A stretch of DNA of 64,000 bases from assembly GCA_000092065.1 (NCBI GenBank), contig CP000589.1, one strand, 5' to 3'. This DNA comes from Ostreococcus lucimarinus. Lineage: Eukaryota. The notes under the pieces were generated by a model that did no database searches, was not told the DNA's origin, and saw only the letters and a program-made list of their open reading frames with translations. Below are positions 28,954 through 38,290 of this stretch, piece after piece (positions within the stretch are counted from its first letter, which is position 1; the number at the start of each line of letters is the position of its first letter). Both the position numbers and the translations under genes were made by a program.

Positions 28954-30423
28954 CTAGTTCGGGACGTTGTGGATCACCTTGCCGGCGTCGATGGAGATGA
29001 TGTTCGCGGGCGCGTTGGCGGCGCGAACGAAGCCACCGCTGTCTCTGCAAGGAAGGTCACAGCCCCAGAGATTGCCGTTGCCGTCGAGAAGCCAGAGCGC
29101 GGTGGCGCCGACGGTGATTTGACTGATCGTTGCGGTCGAGAGCGCACTCGGAATGGAGATTGTGGACCAGTCGCCGGTCATGTCCGAGGCTTTTCGTTTC
29201 AGCGTCCTTCCATCTTGGTATACGACGAACGCGTCCGAATCGCCGACTTCGACCTGCTTGACGGTTTTTACGTGTTGACGAACCCATCCGCCATTAGGCA
29301 GTTCCGCGCTCCACATATTGTGTTGCTTGTTCATGTGAAAGTGGTGCGTGCGACCGATGGTCACTTGGACACCTTTTCCGCCGCCGTCATCGGCGAAACC
29401 CCAATCGCCCGAGCCGTCGACGGGACGACTCCACATGTATCCGCCGGAGGTGTGTATACTCGTGTCCGTGACTCCGATGAGCGCATCGTAGCCCGCGTCA
29501 AAGTCAACCATGGTGCCTTGGGCGACGCCGTTGGCTACGGGATTGTTGGTTGCCGTATTCCAGTTATCGCGAGAGAACTGATTGAGGTCGGCGTTACGCG
29601 TCCAGGCGAGAGTTCCAGTCACGGTATTTAAACCCCACGTGTTGAACTCTCCCGAACTCACCGAGGTAAAGTGACCTTTGTAGTTACGCCAGACATCAGT
29701 TTTCGCCACCGATTCTTCGATTCCCCAGACGTTGTCCGCGTCGCCGGTCGCCGGACCGGTGCACGCGATGAGCTTCACCGTCAGCGGGCACCGCTCGAGA
29801 CATCCAGCCCACGTCGTCTCGAATCGACGCACGCCGTCGACGAGCCGCATGCTCGACCTTTTCGGAATCACGCGATTTCTGTACGCGCCCCCGCCCGCGG
29901 GGACGTTTGCCAGGCACGTCGCGTTCGCGAGTTCGCCCGTCGCCGGAAACCGCTTGTTGTGCCCCAGTTCGAAGATGGTCTCGCCTCGCGCGTTCACCAG
30001 CCCGAACCCGATCTCCTCTCCCGCGCGCACGCGCGCTCGGCCGACGTATATCGTCGACCATCCGCTCTGCGTCAGCTCGACCCCGCCCGCGCGTCGGCTC
30101 GCGCCGCCGAACTCTTCAATCGGATCGTCCCCTCGTCGCAGCAACCGCACGCTCGCGATGTCGGACGCGTAGAAGTCCTCTATCGGCGAGCGATCGACGA
30201 CGTCGAGCTCGATGCACCCGACGTCGACCTGAAACTGCACCTCGAACGGCGCGCCGGCGCCCTCGCGAGACGCGCGCCCGCGCGCGACGATCGACGCGAC
30301 CGCGACGGCGACGACGGCGACGGACGCGATCGTCGCGCGGCGTCGGCGGTGACGCGCGACGTCGAGCTCGTTCGCCGCGCGGAGCAGCGCCGTGGACTCC
30401 GTCGCGTCGCGCGCGGGCGCCAT
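28954..30423 (-). CDS. Type II membrane / secreted protein with tectonin-like beta-propeller repeats (lectin-like). Family unresolved.
   Basis: There is an N-terminal signal-anchor 'IASVAVVAVAVASIVA'. Tryptophan-rich repeats 'DGNGNLWGC', 'WGIEES...WRNY' and 'GDWGFADDGG' are present. ATG at 30421-30423. Confidence 0.35.
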   Translation of the reverse strand: MAPARDATESTALLRAANELDVARHRRRRATIASVAVVAVAVASIVARGRASREGAGAPFEVQFQVDVGCIELDVVDRSPIEDFYASDIASVRLLRRGDDPIEEFGGASRRAGGVELTQSGWSTIYVGRARVRAGEEIGFGLVNARGETIFELGHNKRFPATGELANATCLANVPAGGGAYRNRVIPKRSSMRLVDGVRRFETTWAGCLERCPLTVKLIACTGPATGDADNVWGIEESVAKTDVWRNYKGHFTSVSSGEFNTWGLNTVTGTLAWTRNADLNQFSRDNWNTATNNPVANGVAQGTMVDFDAGYDALIGVTDTSIHTSGGYMWSRPVDGSGDWGFADDGGGKGVQVTIGRTHHFHMNKQHNMWSAELPNGGWVRQHVKTVKQVEVGDSDAFVVYQDGRTLKRKASDMTGDWSTISIPSALSTATISQITVGATALWLLDGNGNLWGCDLPCRDSGGFVRAANAPANIISIDAGKVIHNVPN

Positions 30424-30567
30424 GACGCGTCGGAATGTGCGGAGTGGGGTGCCATGAATGACGCGTCGTCGGAATGGGGTGTTACAACGGTTGGCGGAGC
30501 CCTGACTGACCCGGCGCGGCGCGCGGAGGATTTCGATCGATCGCGCGCGCGACGATCGAACGATGGG

Positions 30568-31908
30568 CTACGCGCGAACGGCCTGTTGAACGAATGATTT
30601 CGACGCGCTCGCCACGATGAAGACGTCGGCGCGCTCGAGCGAAGCGCCGACGATTTCGCGGGGCGAAAACGACGCGGCGGCGCGCTCGAGCGCGACTCGC
30701 GCGGGCGCGAGCATGCCCGGGACGAAAGAATAAAGCGCCGGCTCGTCTGCGCAAAGAAACACGAGGCGTGATCTACCGTCCAGGTCGTCGTCTTCGAACC
30801 ACCTGAAGTCGATGATTGGTTTTCTGTGAACGAAGACGGCGAGCGGAGCTCCGTCGTCGGCGTCGTTCCCGGACGCCGGCCATAGAAATAAAACCTTGTC
30901 GTTGTGGCTCGCGCACAGAGTCGCGAGCATCGTCTTACACGAACTCAGCGCCAGTCGCACGCCCGCTCGTTCGATACCTCGCGCGTCGCACGCCAAAGTT
31001 TTCTGTTCAAACCGCGCGACTTTTTCGTATCCGTCTCCGCGCTGAGACTCGCGGAAAATTCTCGTCGATGCCGTCGCGTCGCACGTCAGCGGGTGCGTGA
31101 GCGCGCGCGTGATCCGCCAAGTCAATTCATCGATCCATAAAAGGGCCTCGTTCGACACGCACGTGACGATGAGACGTCCATCCTTCGCCCGAACGCTCGG
31201 CGCCGACGCGCCTCGAATCGTCGCTCGCCGGAGGCCTTCGGCCGAAAAAATCTCCAGCGCCGGTCGCGCCTCCACCGCGCACGAATCGTCATAAATTAGA
31301 ATCTCCTGCCCCCCTGCGCCGCCAAACTCGATCATCTGCGCATCGAAGCCCGGAGGCAAGCGAAACGAGATCGCGCCTTCGTACGGCGCCGTCGCCGAGA
31401 ACACCTCCACGCGTTCGCGCGCTTCGTCGTCGCGCGTCACGAACGCCATCCACCGTCCATCTCGCGACCGCGCGTGCGCGCTAAATCTGGAGCTACTCTT
31501 CCTCGCGTGCGCGATTCGAACGAAGTCGAATCCGTCTCGGTCGTCGAGCATCGTCGTCGACGCGTCGCCGTCGCCGGCGAACGCGAGCGCGCCGTCGCCC
31601 GCGCGGAACGCCCGCGAGCACGCCCCGATGCCGCGCGCGACGCGCTCGAGCGTCAACCCGCGGTCGTCGACGGTGACGACGCACGCGGTGCCGTCGTCGA
31701 GGACCACCGCGCAGACGTCGCGCGTCGCGTGCCAAGCGACAGACGCGATTGTGCTTTCAAACTGTATCGCCTTCCCGACGCGTTCGTCGACGCGCGCGGC
31801 GCGCCGGAGCGTCAGATGGACGCCATCGCGCACGAGCGCGCGCGTGCGGTCGGGGCTGAGCGCGACGGAGCCGCGAAGATCGCGGTCGTCGAGCGCGAGG
31901 GCGGGCAT
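30568..31908 (-). CDS. WD40 / beta-propeller-like protein (family unresolved).
   Basis: It is a long conserved-looking ORF without compositional bias, with repeated beta-strand-like segments ('VLFLWPASG', 'RLIVTCVSNEALLWID'). The first ATG is at 31908; the track start at 32031 is GTG, immediately abutting the upstream stop. Confidence 0.3.
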   Translation of the reverse strand: MPALALDDRDLRGSVALSPDRTRALVRDGVHLTLRRAARVDERVGKAIQFESTIASVAWHATRDVCAVVLDDGTACVVTVDDRGLTLERVARGIGACSRAFRAGDGALAFAGDGDASTTMLDDRDGFDFVRIAHARKSSSRFSAHARSRDGRWMAFVTRDDEARERVEVFSATAPYEGAISFRLPPGFDAQMIEFGGAGGQEILIYDDSCAVEARPALEIFSAEGLRRATIRGASAPSVRAKDGRLIVTCVSNEALLWIDELTWRITRALTHPLTCDATASTRIFRESQRGDGYEKVARFEQKTLACDARGIERAGVRLALSSCKTMLATLCASHNDKVLFLWPASGNDADDGAPLAVFVHRKPIIDFRWFEDDDLDGRSRLVFLCADEPALYSFVPGMLAPARVALERAAASFSPREIVGASLERADVFIVASASKSFVQQAVRA

Positions 31909-32031
31909 GCTGTGCGGCTGGCGCCGGCGCGCGTCGCGCCGGCAGTCGGTGGCGCGGTCTATCTCTCGCATAAAACTACGGCGCGGCGCCGCGCGGGAGC
32001 TATGTCTAATAACACTGGCTGCGTCGATCAC

Positions 32032-33078
32032 TCAGACGTTGCCGTCGGCCTGGACGCCGTCGTAGGAGACTCTGTACGCCGGGAATTGGCTGGCGTCGAT
32101 GACGCCGCAACCGATGTCTCGCACAGTGACGTTCAAGCGACCGTTGAGCATTTTCCCACGCAAGTGACCGGGCATCGATCCCGGGTACACGTTTAACACG
32201 CTGTGCACGATCATGCGCGAAGGGCCGCCGAAGAGCAAGACGTCGCCCGAGTTCAGGCGCACGACTTTGTGCTCGGGATCGTCAAACGAATATTTGTACC
32301 CAAAGTCGCCGCTCAGCCCTACGGAGAAACTCACGATGGGCGGACCCGTGCGCGATTTTACGAGCTTTGGATCTTCACTATCTTTGTGCCACTTGAACTC
32401 GGCGCCGTCTTTGTAAAAGTTTACCAGGCACGTCGTCGGGTTCATGTTTGTCGGCATCTCGGCGTCCGCGGCGCACGCCGCCGCCACCGCGTCCTCGCAC
32501 ATCTGCGTCAAAATCCCGTCTGGAAACGCATCGGGTTCGAGGATCATCCGCCCACGACTACCTTGATTCAGCTTGAACGTCCCATCTCCCATCTTCGCGA
32601 AGAAACCTTGCCCGCGCGCGGCGTCGTCGGATCCTGATTCGCCGAGCGCGAACGATTCGCTCGCCAACCACATTTGCGCCTCCACGCTCAAAAACTTCCT
32701 CAAGCACACCAATCCTGGTCCGAGACGCTCCGTCTTAAATCCGTGCGGCTTTTTCTCTCGTTCACGCGTCGATTTCACCGCCGCGTCGTCGTCTAAATCC
32801 CGTCCGACGCACTCTCGCAGCCGCCTCCGGTCCAACGCCGACGGCGTCGTCGCGATCACCTCTCGCGCCGTCGCCCTCGTCACCCCCCCCGTCCGCGCGC
32901 ACTCCACCAATACTTTCGCGAACTCCGACGTCGTCACCTCCCGGCGCTGAAACGCCCGCGCGTGCGCGCGCAGCGCGTCGTACGCTTTCTTCGCCAGCTG
33001 TCCCCGCAACGCCTTCGCGAGCTTCTGACACCGCCCTCTGGCGCCTTCGCCGCCCGTCGCGTCTCGCGCGTCGTCCAT
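32032..33078 (-). CDS. AlkB-family 2OG-Fe(II) dioxygenase (ALKBH-like nucleic-acid demethylase).
   Basis: 'CLVNFYKDGAEFKWHKDSEDP...PIVSFSVGLSGDF...LNSGDVLLFGG..RMIVHSV...RLNVTVRD' follows the HxD...H / RxNxTxR jelly-roll pattern. Only the C-terminal 348 codons of the 638-aa ORF are used (ATG at 33076-33078); the remainder is antisense to the syntaxin gene. Confidence 0.7.
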   Translation of the reverse strand: MDDARDATGGEGARGRCQKLAKALRGQLAKKAYDALRAHARAFQRREVTTSEFAKVLVECARTGGVTRATAREVIATTPSALDRRRLRECVGRDLDDDAAVKSTREREKKPHGFKTERLGPGLVCLRKFLSVEAQMWLASESFALGESGSDDAARGQGFFAKMGDGTFKLNQGSRGRMILEPDAFPDGILTQMCEDAVAAACAADAEMPTNMNPTTCLVNFYKDGAEFKWHKDSEDPKLVKSRTGPPIVSFSVGLSGDFGYKYSFDDPEHKVVRLNSGDVLLFGGPSRMIVHSVLNVYPGSMPGHLRGKMLNGRLNVTVRDIGCGVIDASQFPAYRVSYDGVQADGNV

Positions 33079-33183
33079 CGCGGTGTCGTCCGCGCCTCGA
33101 CCGCGCGCGCGTCGACGCTCGACGCCCGCGCGCGCCGCTCTGTCGCCATTCGTCGACGCATCGCGTCGCGTCGCCGCATCGTC

Positions 33184-33882
33184 ATGACGGACGCGCGTCG
33201 CTACGACCGCGCGAACGACCCGTACTACGTCGTGCGCGACGAGATCGCGCGCCACGTCGACGACCTCGCGCGCCGCGCGCGGAGCGGCGCCGCGAGCGCG
33301 ACGGTAAGCGCGGCGCTCGAGCGAGACATCGAGAGCGCGCGCTGGGAGCTCGACGAACTCGACCGCGCGATCGCGGTCGCGGAGCGCGAGAGCGCGCGGT
33401 ACAAGCTCGACGCGCGCGAGATCGACGAAAGGAAACGGTGGAGCGCGCGGGCGCGCGAGGCGGTGGACGAAGCGATGGCGACGACGCGCGCGAGGGCTCG
33501 AGCGGGACGCGCGAACGGGGACGGCGACGGCGACGCGAACGGGACGACGACGCGAACGGCGGGAGACGCGGGCGTCGGTGAGGCGGGATTCGACGATCAT
33601 CAACAGTTGCTCGTGCGAAGGCAAGACGAGGATCTGGACGACATATCGGCGAGCATAACGCGCATCGGACAAGTCGGTTTGACCATCGGCGAGGAGCTCG
33701 CGTCGCAGTCGAAAATGTTGGAGGACTTGGACGAAGACGTCGACGGCGTCAACGCGAGGTTGGCGGCGGCGGAGCGAAAGATGCGAGATGTTTTGAAAAA
33801 GGTCGGTCTGCGCGGACAGCTTTGCGTGATTTTCTTCTTGACCGTCGTGTTGTTCGTCTTGTTCGCGATCGCGTTTCAGTGA
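33184..33882 (+). CDS. Syntaxin-6/10-like Qc-SNARE (tail-anchored).
   Basis: The N-terminal 'NDPYYVVRDEIARHV' matches syntaxin-6 'EDPFFVVKGEVQKAV'. A SNARE heptad region 'ISASITRIGQVGLTIGEELASQSKMLEDLDEDVDGVNARL' and a C-terminal transmembrane segment 'LCVIFFLTVVLFVLFAIAF' are present. ATG at 33184. Confidence 0.75.
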   Translation: MTDARRYDRANDPYYVVRDEIARHVDDLARRARSGAASATVSAALERDIESARWELDELDRAIAVAERESARYKLDAREIDERKRWSARAREAVDEAMATTRARARAGRANGDGDGDANGTTTRTAGDAGVGEAGFDDHQQLLVRRQDEDLDDISASITRIGQVGLTIGEELASQSKMLEDLDEDVDGVNARLAAAERKMRDVLKKVGLRGQLCVIFFLTVVLFVLFAIAFQ

Positions 33883-34001
33883 CGCACGCGGCGTCGGCGC
33901 GTCGCGGTTCGCTAGTCTAATACTTGCAATATTGTACTGTACAAACACTTCCTTCGTCTTCGTCCTCTCTAATCGTCGCCGCGCGCGCTAACATCGTTTA
34001 T

Positions 34002-34784
34002 TTAATCGTCCCACGACAACACCTTGGTGGTGTCCCAACGCGCGACGCCGCTTCGCGTCACCGCGTCGTCCACCATGCGCTCGGCGTCCTCCAGCGCGAC
34101 GTCGACGATTTCGTATCCGAGCATCCCTCGCATCGTCCCTCGCACGCGTTCGAATATCTCATCGCGCTCGTACCCTCGATCGCGCAATCGCGTCACGAAA
34201 TCTCCGTGCGCGCGTCCGTTCCTGTACGCCGGCGCGCGTTCCGGCGTCTTCAGCGTCGCCGCCATCGCGTCCTCGTCGTAGTCGTACAGAAACGACGTGT
34301 GGTGCAAAAACCTTCCCCTCGTGATCGCCTGCGCGTTCCCTCCGAACTTTCGCGTCCCGAACGCGTAATCGTTCTCTCGCAGCGCGAACGTCCCGCACTT
34401 ATCGAACACCCGCGCGTACACCTCTCCCGTCGCCGCCATCACTCTTCGCGGGTGCGTCTCGCGTTCGCGCACCATCGCGTCGTCGCCCGCGTTCATCGTC
34501 ATCCCCACGAACAGCGTGTCGCCGTCGCACGCGATCGTCCCACCGCCCGTGAATCGTCGCACGAGTTTCACGTCGCGCCTTCGCGCCTCTCGCGCGTCGA
34601 CCAAGCGCTCGACCGCGCCGGAGACGCCCAACACGACGGCGCGTCGCGCCGCGCCGTCGAGCGTCGTGAGCCAATCCTCGCTCGCGCGGTGTCGCAGCAG
34701 CCCCTCCTCGAGTCGCAGGAACCGCGCGATGTCGACCGATCGCGCGTGGACGTGGTACAGCGCTCGCGACGCGCCGCGCGCCAT
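34002..34784 (-). CDS. Lipoate-protein ligase / octanoyltransferase-like (BPL_LplA_LipB catalytic domain).
   Basis: 'RRFTGGGTIACDGDTLFVGM', 'RKFGGNAQAI' and 'HHTSFLYDYD' are present. ATG at 34782-34784. Confidence 0.6.
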   Translation of the reverse strand: MARGASRALYHVHARSVDIARFLRLEEGLLRHRASEDWLTTLDGAARRAVVLGVSGAVERLVDAREARRRDVKLVRRFTGGGTIACDGDTLFVGMTMNAGDDAMVRERETHPRRVMAATGEVYARVFDKCGTFALRENDYAFGTRKFGGNAQAITRGRFLHHTSFLYDYDEDAMAATLKTPERAPAYRNGRAHGDFVTRLRDRGYERDEIFERVRGTMRGMLGYEIVDVALEDAERMVDDAVTRSGVARWDTTKVLSWDD

Positions 34785-34866
34785 GCGCGTCGCGCGTCGC
34801 GTCGCGATGTGTCGTCATCGGCGGCTCAGCCTTCGTCGGCGTTCGCCACTCATCGGCGCTTCGGCG

Positions 34867-35943
34867 ATGACGGACGTCGAGCTCAAGGCGTCGCGCGCGC
34901 TCGAGGCCGCGCGCGCGTTCCTCGCGCGCTCGCCCGCGAGCGCGCGCGCGCCGAGCGCGACGACGCGCGCGAGGAACGCGCTGAATGTGAATCTCGACGC
35001 GACGTTTTCCGCGGCGACGAGCGACGACGCGAGGACGGACGCGGACGCGGCGACGACGGGACGCGCGCCGGAGACGCCCGCGTCGGTGGCGTTGGAGCTG
35101 TCGAGCGAGAGCGACGACGACGACGACGCGGCGACGGGCGGCGACGACGCGCGGGAGAGAGGCGAGGAAGGGCGACGGGTGAGGCTCGAAGTGGACGAAG
35201 ACGAGGACGTCGACGACGGCGCGCGCGATGGTGGGGAATCGGACTCCGAGGGCGTGTTCGCGGTGGCGATCAAACGCGAGCGAGACGAGGCGGAGGCGGA
35301 GGCGGAGGCGGAGGCGGAGGCGGAGGCGGAGGCGGAGGCGGAGGCGGAAACCGGCGGCGAGGCGGAGGCGAACGCCGAGACCGCGGCGGCGTTGCGAGCG
35401 AATATCGACGCGTTGCGCGAAGAGTTGGAAGAGTCGAGATGGGCGCGCGAGGCGCTGGAGACGCGCGTGCAGGAGGCGGAGAAGATCGCCGCCGAGGCGC
35501 GCTCGAAGACAATCGAGAGCGCGTTGGATCCGCAAAACCAGTTGACGAACGAGCAAGTGGCCGCGCTCAGGGCGGAGATCGAACAAGTGGAGTATTTGAA
35601 ACGTTTACTCGCGCGCGCGGAGCAGATGCGTAACGTCGCGCGCGCGGAGACGAAACAGGCGCGCGACAAACACGAGAGCGATTTGGAAATCGTTCGCAAG
35701 GAAGTCGCCGTCATGGACGCCGAGATGGAAAATTTACGGCGGCGCGTGAAAAAGGACAAAGCGAAAATTGAGGCGATGGAACGCACGACCATCGAGGCCG
35801 CGGATGAATTCGCGACGCTGTACTCGCGACAAGAGAACACCAGACGTCTCCTCGGCGCGTGCATCGTCGCCATCCTCGCCCTCGTCGTGCGCCTCGGTCT
35901 ATCGGGGCAAACTTTCATGATGAAAAACATGTATCAGTACTGA
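34867..35943 (+). CDS. Acidic coiled-coil, tail-anchored membrane protein (hypothetical).
   Basis: It has a long heptad-like region and a C-terminal hydrophobic segment 'LLGACIVAILALVVRLGL' near the stop. It contains an (EA)10-12 run encoded by a (GAGGCG)n repeat. ATG at 34867; the upstream part of the ORF is antisense to the lipoate ligase. Confidence 0.4.
   Translation: MTDVELKASRALEAARAFLARSPASARAPSATTRARNALNVNLDATFSAATSDDARTDADAATTGRAPETPASVALELSSESDDDDDAATGGDDARERGEEGRRVRLEVDEDEDVDDGARDGGESDSEGVFAVAIKRERDEAEAEAEAEAEAEAEAEAEAETGGEAEANAETAAALRANIDALREELEESRWAREALETRVQEAEKIAAEARSKTIESALDPQNQLTNEQVAALRAEIEQVEYLKRLLARAEQMRNVARAETKQARDKHESDLEIVRKEVAVMDAEMENLRRRVKKDKAKIEAMERTTIEAADEFATLYSRQENTRRLLGACIVAILALVVRLGLSGQTFMMKNMYQY
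35287..35370 (+). repeat. (GAGGCG)n hexanucleotide microsatellite: 10 perfect units plus 2 nearby units, encoding an (EA)n run in the coiled-coil tail-anchored protein.
   Basis: It is read directly: 'gaggcggaggcggaggcg...'. Confidence 0.9.
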
Positions 35944-35988
35944 TGTAAGAACATAAACGCGCGCTTCGTTCTAAACCCCCATCGGCGA

Positions 35989-36345
35989 TCATTTGCCGCG
36001 CTGACCCGCGACGCCGCCGTCGACGTCGTGTTTCCAGTCGAGAAGTCTCTGTAGCGCGTCGTCGCTCATCGAACGCGTCTCCGGGACGACGTATCGCAAA
36101 TGTTTGATTTCTTCCACGGCAGAATCATATCCGTGCTGCTTTGCGTGGACATCGCGCAGTTTTTTTGATATCTTGCGTAGTGACTCGAGGTCTTGTTCGT
36201 GCACGTACGCGGCCTCGGCGGCGCGGTCGCGAGCCTTCACCCAGTCTGTTGCGCCGACGCCGACTGTTTTCGAGTAACACCGCGCCGGCGCATCGCGAAC
36301 GAGCGCGCGCCGTGCGAACCGAGTCGTGATCGCCGTGAGTGACAT
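35989..36345 (-). CDS. Small hypothetical protein with a mitochondrial-presequence-like N-terminus (possibly ATPase-inhibitor IF1-like).
   Basis: This is an unbiased 118-aa ORF with ATG at 36343-36345. 'DRAAEAAYVHEQDLESLRKISKKL' weakly resembles the IF1 inhibitory helix. Confidence 0.25.
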   Translation of the reverse strand: MSLTAITTRFARRALVRDAPARCYSKTVGVGATDWVKARDRAAEAAYVHEQDLESLRKISKKLRDVHAKQHGYDSAVEEIKHLRYVVPETRSMSDDALQRLLDWKHDVDGGVAGQRGK

Positions 36346-36433
36346 GCGTTTGCGTTTTTGAAGCGCGAGCGGTGTCGGCGCGAGGCGAGGTGTGCGGCGC
36401 GCGAATAATTGAAAACAACGAGATGGGATTAAA

Positions 36434-38077
36434 TCACGGCGCCGCCGAGGTCGCGTTGGAGACGCCTAAAGGCTGGACTTCAGCTATCGGGCCTTCGCGA
36501 ATGAACGCGGCCCAGTAATCGGGCATGAGAAGGGCAAGAATGTGCGGCTCGGTGTCGCGCTCTAACGCGACCTCGAGCGTCAAGACGTCTTCGAGGAGCT
36601 TCTCGAGAGATTTGCTCACCTTGGAAAACATCGGACCGAGAGTCTGCGCGGCGCGAGAAGCGTCCGCGGGAGAAAGCCAAAGATGTTCGCGCAAAGCGGG
36701 GAGAGAACCCCCTTGAGCGCCTCGCAAGGAGTTGAGTTGTGCTGTGAGTACACCGCGCAAATTTTTCGCTTCGCTGAGCAATCGCGCGCACTCTTCGGCG
36801 TCGCCGTCGGCGCGGCAGGCGCGGCCGAACAAGCCCGCTAATAAATACTGCACCTGTTTCGTCCCACGATCCTGCGCGAGACGCTCTAAAATCCAATCTT
36901 TGATCATCATTGCCTCATTCGGGCGCTGCCACAACACGTTCACGAGCAACAAGGTGTCGAATTCGCTCACCTCGTCGCGGTTGTTCGTGTACGCCGCGAC
37001 GCGCAACATTTGCACCGCCTTGAGCAAGCGACGATCGGAAACGTACACCGGCGGCTCACACTTGTCTTGCAAAAACGTTCGTAAGTCAGTGATCAGCTCG
37101 ATGACGTTCGTCGGTACCTCGGTCTCCGCCGCGGCTTCGTATCGAATGTTCGCAAAGTCCTCCGGCTTGAGTCGGGTGTCGCTCGTCGAGACGCCGCCGT
37201 GATCGTTCGCCTTGGACCCGATCGCCGCCTCGCCGCCGAGAGATAGCAACTTCCCGAGCCCACCGGCGGATACTTGTTCGACGCTCGATCGCAATAAAAA
37301 TCGATCGTACAGCGCGTCCAACTCCTCGCTCTCCGGTAATTCATTCGAAGCGCCGACCAAGCACAACAGCGGCACGTCGACGCGTTCGCTCCCGTTATCA
37401 AACAACCTCTCGTTCAATATCGTCAACAGCGAGTTCAAGATGGCTGAATTCGCCTTAAAAATTTCATCCACAAACGCCACGTTGGCGCTGGGCAGATATC
37501 CATCAATCTTCCGCACGTACTCATCGTTTTCCAGCCCCTTCATGCTCAGCGGTCCAAACAACTCCTCCGGCACCGAAAACCGCGTGAGCAATCGTTCAAA
37601 AAATTGCCCTCCCTCGCACAGCGCGCTCAGCCGGCGTCCAAGTTCGCTCTTCGCCGTCCCAGGCGGTCCGAGCAACAGCAAGTGTTCTCCGCAGCACGCC
37701 GCCAGCAGCAACAACCGCGTCTCCGTCTCGCGTTCCACCAAACCTCGCTCCAGCGCCGTCGTCGCCGCCGCGATCTTCCTCGACAGTTCCTCCCTCCGCG
37801 CGCTCGACGACGCCATCCCGTCCTTTGCGTGCGCGTCCGCGTCGACGTCGGTCTCTCCGCTCACGATCGGCGCCATGCGCTCGCGCACGCGCTCGCGCAC
37901 CGCGCGCTCCTCGGCCGATATCTGCGCATCCTGCTCGCGCTGTCGCCGCTTCCACTCCGGCTCGTCCGCGTCCGCGGCGCGCGCGATCGCGCGACCGCGC
38001 GGTCGGACCTCGCGTCGGTCGCGCGCGCGCGCCGGGATCGCGCCGACGCGCGACGCGCGCGCCATCGCGAGCGCCAT
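36434..38077 (-). CDS. RavA-like MoxR-family AAA+ ATPase (bacterial type).
   Basis: 'LLLLGPPGTAKSELGRRLSALCEGGQFFERLLTRFSVPEELFGPLS...YLPSANVAFVDEIFKANSAILNSLLTILNERLFDNG...LVGASNELPESEELDALYDRFLLR...PVYVSDRRLLKAVQMLRVAAY' is collinear with E. coli RavA over the AAA+ and following domains. An ATG at 38075-38077 avoids overlap with the PsbP-like gene; the ORF continues to 38485 with an S/T/R-rich presequence-like extension. Confidence 0.85.
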   Translation of the reverse strand: MALAMARASRVGAIPARARDRREVRPRGRAIARAADADEPEWKRRQREQDAQISAEERAVRERVRERMAPIVSGETDVDADAHAKDGMASSSARREELSRKIAAATTALERGLVERETETRLLLLAACCGEHLLLLGPPGTAKSELGRRLSALCEGGQFFERLLTRFSVPEELFGPLSMKGLENDEYVRKIDGYLPSANVAFVDEIFKANSAILNSLLTILNERLFDNGSERVDVPLLCLVGASNELPESEELDALYDRFLLRSSVEQVSAGGLGKLLSLGGEAAIGSKANDHGGVSTSDTRLKPEDFANIRYEAAAETEVPTNVIELITDLRTFLQDKCEPPVYVSDRRLLKAVQMLRVAAYTNNRDEVSEFDTLLLVNVLWQRPNEAMMIKDWILERLAQDRGTKQVQYLLAGLFGRACRADGDAEECARLLSEAKNLRGVLTAQLNSLRGAQGGSLPALREHLWLSPADASRAAQTLGPMFSKVSKSLEKLLEDVLTLEVALERDTEPHILALLMPDYWAAFIREGPIAEVQPLGVSNATSAAP

Positions 38078-38147
38078 GGATGAATGCGTGCGCGCGCGGC
38101 AATCTGACGTCAGCGCGTCGTCGTCGTTATCCGCACACGCGCGCGCG

Positions 38148-38259
38148 ATGCGAGGCGCGCTCGCGACGCCGCGCGCGACGCGCGGCGCGCGACGCGACGC
38201 CGCGACGGTCGGTCGACGCGGGCGCGCGACGCGCGCGCGCGCGGCGACGCGCGGCGACG

Positions 38260-38290
<31 letters not shown>

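Noticed and set aside
33924-35633. 569-aa plus-strand ORF. The overlapping ORFs 34399..35586 (-) and 34815..35930 (-) are grouped with it.
   Set aside because: These are extremely Arg/Ala/Gly-rich translations with homopolymer runs. They overlap two genes with clear domains (lipoate ligase on the minus strand and the coiled-coil tail-anchored protein on the plus strand). This is typical open antisense or alternate frames of GC-rich coding DNA.
37212-38147. Upstream two-thirds of the 576-aa plus-strand ORF ending at 38942.
   Set aside because: Only 38148..38942 encodes the PsbP-like protein. The upstream part is antisense to the RavA-like gene and is S / P / N-rich without structure.
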